A stretch of 64,000 nucleotides of DNA, taken from the IMG/VR virus record IMGVR_UViG_3300002835_000024, one strand, 5' to 3'. How positions within the stretch are numbered: position 1 is the stretch's first letter; each line of letters opens with the position of its first letter. The notes beneath the pieces are model-generated. The model ran no database searches, was not told the origin of the DNA, and saw only the letters and a program-made list of their open reading frames with translations. Origin of the DNA: a virus. Both the position numbers and the translations under genes were made by a program. Shown piece after piece: positions 1-10,038 of this stretch.

Positions 1-8
1 ATATCCCC

Positions 9-536
9 ATGCCAGAAAACATCATGGGCGTTACTGGAGTTATGCCCATCGGCTCAGCGTTCCAATCTTCTAATATCTTTAACATCCAGTATCAGATCGC
101 AATGAACGAAATCTGGACTCTTACTTCTCTGCAACTGGTTCCGTATTATATGGCAATGGAACATCTTGCTCTTATCCAAGAATTATTCGTGGGCCACCAA
201 AGAGTTAGATTTAGCAGACATTCTAATAGATTGCATATCGACACCGACTGGTCCAGAATTTCAGAAGGATCTTGGATCGTTGTTGAGTGTCATGGAGTCA
301 TTGATCCTTCCACATATTCTGATATTTGGGGAGATCGTTGGCTTCAAGAGTACACAACTGCCAAGATAAAGTATCAGTGGGGTAGCAATCTAAGCAAATT
401 TACAGGTATGACTCTTCCTGGTGGAGTTCAGTTCAACGGACAGCTTATCAAAGAAGAAGCCGAAAGAGAGATAAACGATCTAGAAAACAAAATGATTGAT
501 GCCTACAGCCTACCCCCAGACATGATGGTGGCGTAA
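9..536 (+). CDS. gp13: Neck protein gp13 (5'-truncated by window edge)
   Basis: C-terminal KYQWGSNLSKF-G-LPGGV-NG motif of T4-like gp13; frame is open to the window start; synteny with gp14/gp15. Confidence 0.9.
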   Translation: MPENIMGVTGVMPIGSAFQSSNIFNIQYQIAMNEIWTLTSLQLVPYYMAMEHLALIQELFVGHQRVRFSRHSNRLHIDTDWSRISEGSWIVVECHGVIDPSTYSDIWGDRWLQEYTTAKIKYQWGSNLSKFTGMTLPGGVQFNGQLIKEEAEREINDLENKMIDAYSLPPDMMVA

Positions 537-1172
537 ATGCCTAATCCATATTTCAACAATTTTACCAGCACCAACGAGCAGCTTCTCGTTGAAAATTTAG
601 TTGTTGAAAGTCTTCAAATGTACGCCCATGGAGTACATTATCTTCCAAAAACTTTGGTAAATTTTGATGAGATATATGGAGAAGATTCTATATCTCAATA
701 TAATACTAACTTCTTTATGGACATATACATAAGAACTTATAACAGTTATCAAGGCGATGGAGTATTCCTCTCTAAATTTAATCTAGAAATTAGAGACACA
801 TTAATTGTTTGTGTAGCAAAAAGATTGTTCGAACAAACTGTAACTGATTATGATAGTAATATAGTAAGACCAAGAGAAGGTGATTTGATTCACATGCCTC
901 TTGACAATCGTATCTATCAGATTACATATGTCAATAAAACTCCAGTATTTTATCAGTTAGGAGCAATTCAATTTTATGAATTAACTCTGGAAATGTTCGA
1001 ACATTCTGGTGAAGTATTTAATACTGGAATAACTGAGATAGACCAGATATACACAAATACTAACGAACCACAAGATCTTATCGATGATACTGATGAGATA
1101 CAACAAGAGGCTAATACAAGCAATATATTCGACTGGACAGAGGTCGACCCCTTTTCAGAGGGAAATATCTGA
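537..1172 (+). CDS. gp14: Neck protein gp14
   Basis: NPYF, EQLLVENLVVES, SKF-LE, RPREGDLI, FYQLG motifs; synteny. Confidence 0.92.
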   Translation: MPNPYFNNFTSTNEQLLVENLVVESLQMYAHGVHYLPKTLVNFDEIYGEDSISQYNTNFFMDIYIRTYNSYQGDGVFLSKFNLEIRDTLIVCVAKRLFEQTVTDYDSNIVRPREGDLIHMPLDNRIYQITYVNKTPVFYQLGAIQFYELTLEMFEHSGEVFNTGITEIDQIYTNTNEPQDLIDDTDEIQQEANTSNIFDWTEVDPFSEGNI

Positions 1173-1183
1173 CACAGCTGTTT

Positions 1184-1191
1184 TATAAATA
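1184..1191 (+). promoter_or_regulatory. T4-type late promoter TATAAATA
   Basis: Exact consensus upstream of gp15; gp55 is encoded in the window. Confidence 0.8.
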
Positions 1192-1266
1192 CAATGGTAC
1201 ATTAATAAAGACATCTTTATTATACCAGATTTATAAAAAGAAGTCAAACACTTTTAGGAAGATATA

Positions 1267-2076
1267 ATGTTTGGTCAAACTTGGTCACATGATCTTATAA
1301 GAAAATATGTTATCATATTTGGCACATTGTTTAATAACATATATCTTACGAGAAAGAATTCTAGCGGAACCGTTGTTCAGACCATTAAGGTTCCTCTGAC
1401 TTATGCACCAAAAGAAAAGATGCTGGCTAGATTGACTGGAGATCCAGAATTTACCAATCAAGTAGCATTAACTCTTCCAAGAATGTCTTTCGAAATCTTA
1501 GGTTATCAATATGATGGTCAAAGGAAACTTAATACCATTGAAAAGATAACAAAGAAAACCGATACAGACGCGGATTATGTTTATAATCCAGTTCCATATG
1601 ATTTCCAGTTTCTTTTACATATAATGGTAAAGAATGCTGCTGATGGAACAAAAATCGTTGAACAGATTCTTCCCTACTTTACCCCAGAGTTTACGGTAAC
1701 AGCAAATATTCTTCCACAAATAGCAAAAAGCTATGACATCCCAATAGTACTTTATGATACCATTGTTCAGGATCTGTATGATGGCAGCTTCCAACAAAGA
1801 AGAACTATTGTTTGGACTCTTTCATTCTCATTGAAAGGCTATTTGTTTGGTCCAATTAAAACAAAACAAATGATAAGATTTGCCAATGTTGGGTTGACAG
1901 CAGTTAGTAGTTTGTCTAATTTAAATAATGTTGATAGGAATGTAACAATTACAGTGCAACCTGGACAAACAGCCAATGGTCAAGCAACTCTCGATATTAA
2001 TGAAACAGTTCCTTATGACGAAGTTGATCCAAATGATCCTTATGCTTTTATACAACAATTTGATGAGAATATCTAA
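1267..2076 (+). CDS. gp15: Tail sheath stabilizer/terminator gp15
   Basis: FGTLFNNI, VPLTYAPKEK, LPRMSFE, EQILPYF motifs. Confidence 0.92.
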   Translation: MFGQTWSHDLIRKYVIIFGTLFNNIYLTRKNSSGTVVQTIKVPLTYAPKEKMLARLTGDPEFTNQVALTLPRMSFEILGYQYDGQRKLNTIEKITKKTDTDADYVYNPVPYDFQFLLHIMVKNAADGTKIVEQILPYFTPEFTVTANILPQIAKSYDIPIVLYDTIVQDLYDGSFQQRRTIVWTLSFSLKGYLFGPIKTKQMIRFANVGLTAVSSLSNLNNVDRNVTITVQPGQTANGQATLDINETVPYDEVDPNDPYAFIQQFDENI

Positions 2077-2477
2077 TGAAAAATCCTATTGATGATATCT
2101 TTGGAATTGAAAGAGAAGAAGAAATAGAACAAGAAAAACCTCCTATTGTTCTACAAAAAGTAGAAGAAACCGATGATCAGGCAATACAAGACTTTGAGAT
2201 GGCCAGACAGAATATTATCGATACCATTGAGGAATCCAAAGAAGTTGTGGCCGAGATGATTAACGTAGCCAAGCTTTCTCAGCATCCAAGAGCATATGAA
2301 GTTCTTGGAACTCTTCTAAAAATGCAAATTGATTCAAACAAAGATCTTCTTGAGTTAAGAAGAACTAGAAACGAACTAATGGGGAAACAAGAAGAGAAGC
2401 CCAGCACCATTAACAATAATCTTATAATGAGCAGTGCTGATGTCTTAAAGCTTATTTCCGAATCAAAAAAGAAATAG
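2076..2477 (+). CDS. gp16: Terminase small subunit gp16
   Basis: DFEMAR, HPRAYEV motifs; directly upstream of gp17. Confidence 0.9.
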   Translation: MKNPIDDIFGIEREEEIEQEKPPIVLQKVEETDDQAIQDFEMARQNIIDTIEESKEVVAEMINVAKLSQHPRAYEVLGTLLKMQIDSNKDLLELRRTRNELMGKQEEKPSTINNNLIMSSADVLKLISESKKK

Positions 2478-2478
2478 T

Positions 2479-3402
2479 ATGCAACCAGCAAAGAAAACTT
2501 CTTACCTCGGCAATAAAAAACTAAAGAAATCTAACATTGCCATAGAGTGGACGCCAGATCGTATTCGTGAAATGATCAGGTGTAAAGAAGATGCCATTTA
2601 CTTTATTGAAACTTACTGTAAAATTATCCACGTTGACCGTGGACTTGTAAACTTTAAACTGCATCCCTTCCAAAAAGAAATGATAAGTGCCTATTCAGAT
2701 AACCGATTCGTTATCTGTAAGATGCCTCGTCAGGTCGGAAAAACAACCACAACTGCTGGATTTATTCTTTGGCGAGTTCTTTTCAACGAGCATTATAGCG
2801 TGGCTATTCTGGCCAACAAAGACAAAAAAGCCCGAGAAATCCTGGATAGAATCCAAAAGATGTTCGAAAACCTCCCACAGTGGATGCAGCAAGGTGTTAC
2901 TGAATGGAACAAAGGTAACATTGAGCTAGAAAATGGCTCTAAGATTGTGGCTACTTCTACCTCATCCTCCGCTGCTCGTGGTGATACCTATTCATGCGTA
3001 TATTTGGACGAATTTGCCCACGTCGAGAGGAATATACAGGAAGAATTCTTCGCATCAGTTTATCCTACTATTTCTTCGGGTGAAACAACCCAGCTGGTAA
3101 TGACCTCTACGCCAAAAGGTATGGAACTGTTTTACAAGATCTGGGTTGAATCAGAAGAAGGCAGAAACAGCTATAAAAGAGTTGAGGTGCACTGGTCTCA
3201 GGTTCCTGGAAGAGACCAAAAGTGGAAAGAAGAAACCATTGCGAACACCTCTGAGGATCTATTCAGGCAGGAACACGAGTGTGTTGACGGAAAAACACAA
3301 ATAACAGTTAGAAACAAAAAAACAGGAAAAACCAAGAAATTAACAATCAATAAATTTATAAATATGATTGTTAATTCTTTGGAGAATAATAATGCATTAT
3401 AG
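2479..3402 (+). CDS. gp17: Terminase large subunit N-terminal (ATPase) fragment fused to 40-aa N-intein
   Basis: Walker A RQVGKTT and Walker B YLDEFAH; extein ends FRQEHE, then CVDGKTQITV (intein block A) from nt 3280. Confidence 0.92.
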   Translation: MQPAKKTSYLGNKKLKKSNIAIEWTPDRIREMIRCKEDAIYFIETYCKIIHVDRGLVNFKLHPFQKEMISAYSDNRFVICKMPRQVGKTTTTAGFILWRVLFNEHYSVAILANKDKKAREILDRIQKMFENLPQWMQQGVTEWNKGNIELENGSKIVATSTSSSAARGDTYSCVYLDEFAHVERNIQEEFFASVYPTISSGETTQLVMTSTPKGMELFYKIWVESEEGRNSYKRVEVHWSQVPGRDQKWKEETIANTSEDLFRQEHECVDGKTQITVRNKKTGKTKKLTINKFINMIVNSLENNNAL

Positions 3403-4277
3403 AAAAATATGGGAATCGCATTTTGGCGAAATACCAGTTGATGAATATGGATTTAGGTATGAAATTCATCATATAGATGGAAATAGAAAAAATAATTCTA
3501 TTGATAATTTAAAATGTATTTCTATTTTTGAGCATCTTGATATACACATTAAACAAGGTGATTGGGCGGCAGCCGCTTTGATAGGAAAAAGAATTGGTCT
3601 TGGGCCAAACTATATGTCAGAAATACAAAAAGGAAAAAAACGACCTGGTGTTGGTGGAGCCAAAAAAGGAACAATTCCTTGGAACAAAAACAAAAAAGGA
3701 TGTTTTTCTGAAGAAACAATTGAAAAGTTTAAAGTATCCAGAAAAGGTAGAAGATTTTCTCCATTAAAGATAACAGATGAACAATGTAAAGAAATAATAA
3801 CTCAATATAATAAAAAACAAAAAATAAAAGAGGCTGGCACAAAAAGCAAGAATGGAAAAATCATATCATATGAAACAGCTTTTAGTAAGACGTTTTCTGT
3901 TAAATATAATGTAACAGCCAAACAGATATACAACATAATAACAGGAAAACGCAATGTTCTATAAGAACCAAGATTTTGAAATTTTAACACCAAGCGGATT
4001 TAAAAATTTTGCTGGTGTGCAAAAGGTTGTGAAGTGTGGTAAAATGGAACTCGTTTTAAATAATGGTAATCGTTTGGTTTGTGCTCCTAAACATAACATA
4101 TTAACCGATTCTGGTTGGATTGAGTGTTCAAGATTAAAAACAGAAAACAAGGTTATCACAAAAAACGGTTTGGTTGGAATATACCACATTGAACTCATGG
4201 AAGGTGAGCACACTTATTATGATATTGTTGGCGTGCCAAATTTTGAATATTACACAAACGGGATTGTTTCTCATAAC
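3280..4277 (+). mobile_element. Split intein (IntN 3280-3399, IntC 3954-4277) with free-standing HNH endonuclease gene between the halves
   Basis: Cys1 start, C-terminal YYTNGIVSHN/C; joined exteins restore conserved FRQEHE-CEFLGS. Confidence 0.9.
3392..3964 (+). CDS. HNH homing endonuclease with NUMOD-like tail
   Basis: EIHHIDGNRKNNSIDNL...H motif; GGAG RBS at 3381 before ATG 3392; IPWNK basic tail. Confidence 0.85.
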   Translation: MHYRKIWESHFGEIPVDEYGFRYEIHHIDGNRKNNSIDNLKCISIFEHLDIHIKQGDWAAAALIGKRIGLGPNYMSEIQKGKKRPGVGGAKKGTIPWNKNKKGCFSEETIEKFKVSRKGRRFSPLKITDEQCKEIITQYNKKQKIKEAGTKSKNGKIISYETAFSKTFSVKYNVTAKQIYNIITGKRNVL

Positions 4278-5153
4278 TGTGAATTCCTAGGTTCGGCAAA
4301 TACTCTCATCCACCCCACAAAACTTCGAGCAATGGTCCACAAAACGCCAACAATCAACAATAAAATAGGATTGAAAGAATATTACCCGCCAGAAAAAAAT
4401 GTTATCTATGCCATCATTGTAGACACGGCCAGAGGAGTTGGAGAAGACTCTTCAGCGTTTATTGTTGTGAATGTCAACACTTTCCCATATAAAATATGCT
4501 GCACTTTTAAGAACAACCTGATCAGTCCTCTAGTATATCCTAATATCATATACGAAACTGCAAAAAGATATAATGACGCTTTGGTGTTGGTGGAGACTAA
4601 CGATATTGGCCAACAGGTTGCTGATATCCTGCATCATGATCTAGAATACGAAGGCGTTCTAGTTACTGCTAATTCTGGAAGAGCGGGCCAATCTCTTTCG
4701 GGTGGATTTGCCACCTCAACTCATAGGGGCATTCGGACAACAAAACAGGTTAAGAGAATCGGCTGTGCTACGCTCAAAACTCTTGTTGAGTCTGATAAGT
4801 TTATCATAGAAGACTATGAAACTATCTATGAGTTGTCAAGATTTTCTCAAAAAGGGAATTCTTACGAGGCTGAAAGCGGCAATGATGACTTAGCTATGTG
4901 CTGCGTTCTTTTCTCGTGGCTTTCCACACAACATTATTTTAAAGAAATTACTGATCTGGATATTAGGAAAAGAATATTTGAGCAAAACGAAAATATGTTA
5001 GAAGAAGAAATGCTTCCGTTTGGGATATATTCTTCTGGAAATGAAGAAGATGATATTATTATAAATGAAATGCCAACTATGTTAGACCAAAAACAAAGAG
5101 ACGAGTTCAGTTCCTTTTTCGGAGAAAGAGACTTGGAGAAGCAAAATTTATAA
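3954..5153 (+). CDS. gp17: 108-aa C-intein fused to terminase large subunit C-terminal nuclease fragment
   Basis: ILTPSGF, CAPKH (block B), SHN/CEFLGS; then VDTARG-G-D-SA, VETNDIG, DDLAM nuclease motifs. Confidence 0.92.
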   Translation: MFYKNQDFEILTPSGFKNFAGVQKVVKCGKMELVLNNGNRLVCAPKHNILTDSGWIECSRLKTENKVITKNGLVGIYHIELMEGEHTYYDIVGVPNFEYYTNGIVSHNCEFLGSANTLIHPTKLRAMVHKTPTINNKIGLKEYYPPEKNVIYAIIVDTARGVGEDSSAFIVVNVNTFPYKICCTFKNNLISPLVYPNIIYETAKRYNDALVLVETNDIGQQVADILHHDLEYEGVLVTANSGRAGQSLSGGFATSTHRGIRTTKQVKRIGCATLKTLVESDKFIIEDYETIYELSRFSQKGNSYEAESGNDDLAMCCVLFSWLSTQHYFKEITDLDIRKRIFEQNENMLEEEMLPFGIYSSGNEEDDIIINEMPTMLDQKQRDEFSSFFGERDLEKQNL

Positions 5154-5156
5154 ATA
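5149..5156 (+). promoter_or_regulatory. Late promoter TATAAATA
   Basis: Exact consensus upstream of gp18. Confidence 0.8.
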
Positions 5157-5204
5157 AGAACGAAGATTGATTTAATAATCTAACCGTATTAGGAGAATTC
5201 ATAA

Positions 5205-7796
5205 ATGGCATTTCAAGTAAGTCCTGGAGTTAACGTAACAGAAGTTTCACTGGTTACTTCTGTACCCCAAAACGCGACCTCCACTGGAGCTATCGCTGGC
5301 CAATTTTCCTGGGGACCAGTTGGAAAAATAACACTGGTTTCCAATGAAACACAGCTTGTTGAAAAGTATGGTCGCCCCACAGCTAATAACTACGAAACGT
5401 TCTTCTCTGCGGCAAACTTTCTAGCTTATGCAAATAGAATGTATGTCTCAAGAGCCGCCAAAACATCAGGTGTGTCAACTGACGTTGAAAGTGCGTTACT
5501 TGGCAACACAACAGTCATAGCATACTCTAATACGGCTAATATTGCTGTTGGTCAAGTTGTTTTTGGTATTGGTATTGCTGATGGAACTCTCGTCACCGCA
5601 GTAAACAATTCTACTATTTCTAACAATTTCTTAGCAAATTCTTCAGGAGTTGCTGCCAATGGAACAATTACTATTTCTGGGGGACATCCTTTTGCTGATG
5701 GTGAAAGAGTCAAATATCTGGTAGCAGCAGGCAATACCGCTATTTCTGGACTTTCTAACAACGGCACATATTTCGTAAGAAATTCTAATTCCACCACTCT
5801 TTCGCTATCATCTACGATTAATGGTGCTGTTATCACTCTTACCGCGGGAACAAATGAATCAGGCCACAGTTTAACAAGATCAACTGATACCAGAGTAACC
5901 ATTTCTTCTAGCGCAACATTAGGCACGTCATCTGTTCCATTTCTTGTTTCTACGACTTCTGTTACCGCCGCTTCTGAATTAAACTACAGCGATTCTGCTG
6001 TTTCATATAACGCTTTTGCTAACACAAGCCCCCAAACAAACAGAACACAGGCTGTTGTTAAAAACGCAGACCATTATGATACGCTTACTTTCCCATCAAA
6101 TATAAAATGGATTGCAAAATATCCCGGAGAACTTGGAAATTCTCTAAAAGTTTCGGTTGTAGACACAGCAGATCAATATAGCTCAGTTATCAATCCATAT
6201 GCTATTGTTGCAGATGGAGTAACGACCAACTCAACAGCAGGCGTTGTTCCAGGACCATCTGGAATTACAATAAATGTTGGCGCGTCAACAGCTAATGTTT
6301 TTGTGACCAACTCTGTTTCTGTACCAAACGCATCTAATGTGGCCGCTGCTATTAAAAATAAACTGGTTGTTGGTGATTACATCGAGGTCGGAAATACCTC
6401 AATCAACAAACAAAAACTGCAAATCAAATCCCTTGGTTCTGTTTCAACAACAGGTGGAGGAGTTTCCACCTTTACAATAACCTTTGAGTCTCCATATAAA
6501 CTATCAACATCATTTTCTGGCAACACAGTTTCTCGTTATTGGGAATACTCGAATGTTGTCGGCAAAGCCCCTGGAACATCTAAATCTGTTTCAGACGTTG
6601 GGTCTTCAGCGGTGGATCAGGTTTCTGTGGTAGTTGTTGATGAAGATGGCAAGATTTCTGGAACTCCAGGAACAGTTCTAGAGTCTTTCGTTAATCTTTC
6701 CAGAGCGACTGATGCAAAAAATCAGGATGGAACAGTAGCTTATTATAAAGACGCTATTAATTCTCTATCGAAATATGTTTGGTTTGCGGGTGATCGTACT
6801 GGCGCAGTTTCCAACACAGCGGTAAATGTAGCTTCTTCAACAGAAACAACACCATTTACTGCCTCAATGATTGGTGGTCGCGACGGTTCTTCCGAATCTA
6901 CTGCAGCTATGGCTGATCTAGCTACAGCTTGGGATCTATTTGCTGATACTTCTTCAGTTGACGTAGCCCTTTTGGTTGCTGGTCGTCCAACTGGAGTAAA
7001 CGGAGTTCAGGCGGCAAATTATATCATCGATAACGTTGCTGATGTCAGAAAAGATTGTGTTGTGTTCGTTTCTCCCGAAAAGAGTGACGTTGTGAACGCT
7101 CCAGGATCTGAAACTGACAATGTTGTTGCGTTTAGAAACGCTCTAACAAACTCTTCTTATGCTGTTCTTGACTCTGGATACAAGTATCAATATGACAAAT
7201 ACAATGATGTGTATCGTTGGGTTCCTCTCAACGGAGATATCGCTGGTCTAGCGGCAAGAACCGATCAGGTAAGAGATCCATGGTTCTCTCCTGCTGGATT
7301 TAATCGCGGAGCTATCAAGAACGTTGTCAAGCTTGCATGGAATCCAACTAAAGCCCAGCGTGACGTTCTCTACTCAGCTGACATTAACCCAGTTGTAACT
7401 TTCCCAGGTCAGGGTACAGTTCTTTTCGGAGATAAAACTCTTCTTTCACAGGGAAGTGCTTTCGATTATATTAACGTCAGAAGGCTCTTTATTATCCTCG
7501 AAAAGACAATCGCCACAGCAGCCAATCAGCTTCTGTTCGAATTCAATGATGACTTTACACGTCTGCAGTTTAAGAACATTGTAGAACCTTTCCTCCGGGA
7601 AGTTGCTGGAAGAAGAGGTATTACTGATTTCCTAGTTGTTTGCGACGAAACAAACAACCCTGCTGAAATTGTTGACGCTGCTAAATTTGTTGGAGACATT
7701 TATATTAAACCAGCAAGATCGATTAATTTCATCCAGTTGAATTTCGTTGGTGTTGGATCTTCGGTTGAGTTCTCTGAAATCGTTGGCCAATTCTAA
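5205..7796 (+). CDS. gp18: Tail sheath protein gp18 (with insertion domain)
   Basis: SPGVNVTE, F-WGP, PWFSPAG-NRG, INVRRLF, IKPARSINFI-LNF. Confidence 0.96.
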   Translation: MAFQVSPGVNVTEVSLVTSVPQNATSTGAIAGQFSWGPVGKITLVSNETQLVEKYGRPTANNYETFFSAANFLAYANRMYVSRAAKTSGVSTDVESALLGNTTVIAYSNTANIAVGQVVFGIGIADGTLVTAVNNSTISNNFLANSSGVAANGTITISGGHPFADGERVKYLVAAGNTAISGLSNNGTYFVRNSNSTTLSLSSTINGAVITLTAGTNESGHSLTRSTDTRVTISSSATLGTSSVPFLVSTTSVTAASELNYSDSAVSYNAFANTSPQTNRTQAVVKNADHYDTLTFPSNIKWIAKYPGELGNSLKVSVVDTADQYSSVINPYAIVADGVTTNSTAGVVPGPSGITINVGASTANVFVTNSVSVPNASNVAAAIKNKLVVGDYIEVGNTSINKQKLQIKSLGSVSTTGGGVSTFTITFESPYKLSTSFSGNTVSRYWEYSNVVGKAPGTSKSVSDVGSSAVDQVSVVVVDEDGKISGTPGTVLESFVNLSRATDAKNQDGTVAYYKDAINSLSKYVWFAGDRTGAVSNTAVNVASSTETTPFTASMIGGRDGSSESTAAMADLATAWDLFADTSSVDVALLVAGRPTGVNGVQAANYIIDNVADVRKDCVVFVSPEKSDVVNAPGSETDNVVAFRNALTNSSYAVLDSGYKYQYDKYNDVYRWVPLNGDIAGLAARTDQVRDPWFSPAGFNRGAIKNVVKLAWNPTKAQRDVLYSADINPVVTFPGQGTVLFGDKTLLSQGSAFDYINVRRLFIILEKTIATAANQLLFEFNDDFTRLQFKNIVEPFLREVAGRRGITDFLVVCDETNNPAEIVDAAKFVGDIYIKPARSINFIQLNFVGVGSSVEFSEIVGQF

Positions 7797-7823
7797 TAAA
7801 TAAGACAACAGGAGATTAAGCGC

Positions 7824-8399
7824 ATGACTTTTAATATCAACGATATGAAAAACGAGCTGAAGTTTGGTGGAGCAAGACCAAATCTTTTTAGCGTTCAAAT
7901 CGAATTTCCAAGAAATATTGGTATTCCTTCTGACGCAGAAAGAGACACCACATTTAAAGTGCAATCAGCACAAATTCCTCCAGCAACACTTGGAATAATC
8001 CAGGTACCTTATTTTGGACGTTTCATGAAACTTGCTGGAGACAGAACGTATCCAGGTTGGCAGGTTAACGTTATCAATGACGAAGACTTTAAAATTCGTC
8101 ATGCTATGGAACTATGGTCCAATGCAATAAACGAGCTTGCTGGTAATAAAAGAAAAACCCAGGTGTCACGAAACGACTATAAGAAAACAGCAACCGTAAC
8201 ACAATATGGAAAAACTGGTTCTCCAATTAGAACATATAAATTTGAGGGTATCTTCCCTGTACAGGTTGGTGATATTGCTCTAGACTGGGCCAACGTAGAC
8301 CAGATTGAAGTTTTCCCAGTTCTATTCGAGTATGACTTCTGGAAAGTTGAGAGCGGAACTCCTTATGGTGGAATAAACAGAGGAACAATCGGAGAGTAA
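7824..8399 (+). CDS. gp19: Tail tube protein gp19
   Basis: GGARPNLF, AGDRT, NDEDF, YDFW motifs. Confidence 0.95.
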   Translation: MTFNINDMKNELKFGGARPNLFSVQIEFPRNIGIPSDAERDTTFKVQSAQIPPATLGIIQVPYFGRFMKLAGDRTYPGWQVNVINDEDFKIRHAMELWSNAINELAGNKRKTQVSRNDYKKTATVTQYGKTGSPIRTYKFEGIFPVQVGDIALDWANVDQIEVFPVLFEYDFWKVESGTPYGGINRGTIGE

Positions 8400-8438
8400 C
8401 TTCTTTGACTGCATCAAATATATATTGGAGTTTTTGAC

Positions 8439-10004
8439 ATGGACCTGAACTTTTTTGGATTCCGCATAACTAGAGAAGAAAAGCCCGTCGTCTCTTTCGC
8501 GCCAGAGATTAGAGACGACGGAGCTATCATCACAACTGCAACAGGCGGTGCACAAGGTTTTTATATTGACCTTGATGGAAGCGTAAGAAACGAAGCCGAA
8601 GCTGTTGCCAAATATAGAGAAATGGCACTAAATCCAGAAATTGATATTGCTATTGATGATATAGTCAACGAAGCTATTTGTTTGGAAGACGGTCTAGACA
8701 CTGTTAAGTTAAATCTGGATAAACTAGAGCAGCCACCAAAAATCAAAGAACTTATACTGCAAGAATTTCAAACAGTAATGAAAGTCTTAGATTTTAAAAA
8801 TAAAGGCTATGATATTTTCCGCAACTGGTATGTTGATGGGCGTTTGTACTACCATGTTATTATTGACAACAAGAATCCAGCTTTAGGAATTCAGCAACTA
8901 CGTTATGTTGATCCAAGAAAGATTAGAAAAGTTAGACAAGTCAAAAATGACAGAATACAAACAATTCCTATAGCACAAACGGTTGACGAATACTACGTCT
9001 ACAATCCTAGAGGCTTTGGTAAAATTCCAGCTTCTCCAGCTACAGCACCTGTTGATCATGCAGTAACTGGTATTAAGATCACAAAAGATTCAATCGCCCA
9101 TATCACAAGCGGTCTGACTAATACGACTGGAGATCTTGTGATTGGTTATCTTCACAAAGCCATCAAACCATTAAACCAATTAAAGGCTATGGAAGACAGC
9201 CTTGTCATCTATCGTATCTCTCGCGCTCCCGAGCGCAGGATATTCTATATCGACGTTGGCAATCTTCCCAAGATGAAAGCCGAACAATATCTAAAAGATA
9301 TTATGACCAAGTTTAAGAACAAGGTCACATATGATGCCTCGACTGGCGAAGTTCGAGACGAAAGAAAATATATGACAATGCTTGAAGATTTCTGGCTTCC
9401 TAGAAGAGAGGGCGGAAGAGGAACAGAAATCACAACACTTCCAGGCGGTCAAAACCTCGGTCAAATCGAAGACATTCAATATTTCCAAAATAACCTATTC
9501 AAAGCTTTGAACGTTCCAGTTTCTAGACTTGATCCTTCTGCAGTGTATTCTCTGGGAAGGGCTACTGAAATCTCAAGAGATGAAATTAAGTTTACCAAAT
9601 TCATCAAAAGAATGAGAGCTAAATTCTCTGAATTATTCAACGTTCTTCTCGAAAAACAACTGATTCTTCGCGGTATTATGAATGACCAAGAATGGGAAAT
9701 TTTCAAACCATATTTCGAATACATTTTCTTGGACGACAGCCACATGGCAGAAATGAAAGACATTGAGGTTATGAACACCAGAATGAATCTGTTGATGGAC
9801 ATGGATCCATTTATCGGCAAATATTTCTCTCATGAATATGTGAGGAAGAATATCTTAAAACAAACTGAAGAAGAAATAGAACAAGAAAACGAATTGATTG
9901 CACAAGAGATGCAAAATCCTATTCTCAACCCACAATTGTTAGAACAAGAACCGCAGCAAGCACCACCAACAAAAACAAAAGTTCCGAGAAATAAAAAAGC
10001 TTGA
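8439..10004 (+). CDS. gp20: Portal protein gp20
   Basis: WYVDGR, YRISRAPERRIFYIDVGNLP, EDFWLPRREGGRGTEI. Confidence 0.97.
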   Translation: MDLNFFGFRITREEKPVVSFAPEIRDDGAIITTATGGAQGFYIDLDGSVRNEAEAVAKYREMALNPEIDIAIDDIVNEAICLEDGLDTVKLNLDKLEQPPKIKELILQEFQTVMKVLDFKNKGYDIFRNWYVDGRLYYHVIIDNKNPALGIQQLRYVDPRKIRKVRQVKNDRIQTIPIAQTVDEYYVYNPRGFGKIPASPATAPVDHAVTGIKITKDSIAHITSGLTNTTGDLVIGYLHKAIKPLNQLKAMEDSLVIYRISRAPERRIFYIDVGNLPKMKAEQYLKDIMTKFKNKVTYDASTGEVRDERKYMTMLEDFWLPRREGGRGTEITTLPGGQNLGQIEDIQYFQNNLFKALNVPVSRLDPSAVYSLGRATEISRDEIKFTKFIKRMRAKFSELFNVLLEKQLILRGIMNDQEWEIFKPYFEYIFLDDSHMAEMKDIEVMNTRMNLLMDMDPFIGKYFSHEYVRKNILKQTEEEIEQENELIAQEMQNPILNPQLLEQEPQQAPPTKTKVPRNKKA

Positions 10005-10007
10005 TTA

Positions 10008-10015
10008 TATAAATA
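10008..10015 (+). promoter_or_regulatory. Late promoter TATAAATA
   Basis: Exact consensus after gp20. Confidence 0.8.
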
Positions 10016-10038
10016 GAAAGAATTTTAGGAGATAACAA

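Noticed and set aside
3280-4277. Self-splicing intron or pseudogenised terminase
   Set aside because: Both junctions carry intact intein motifs and both ORFs are intact
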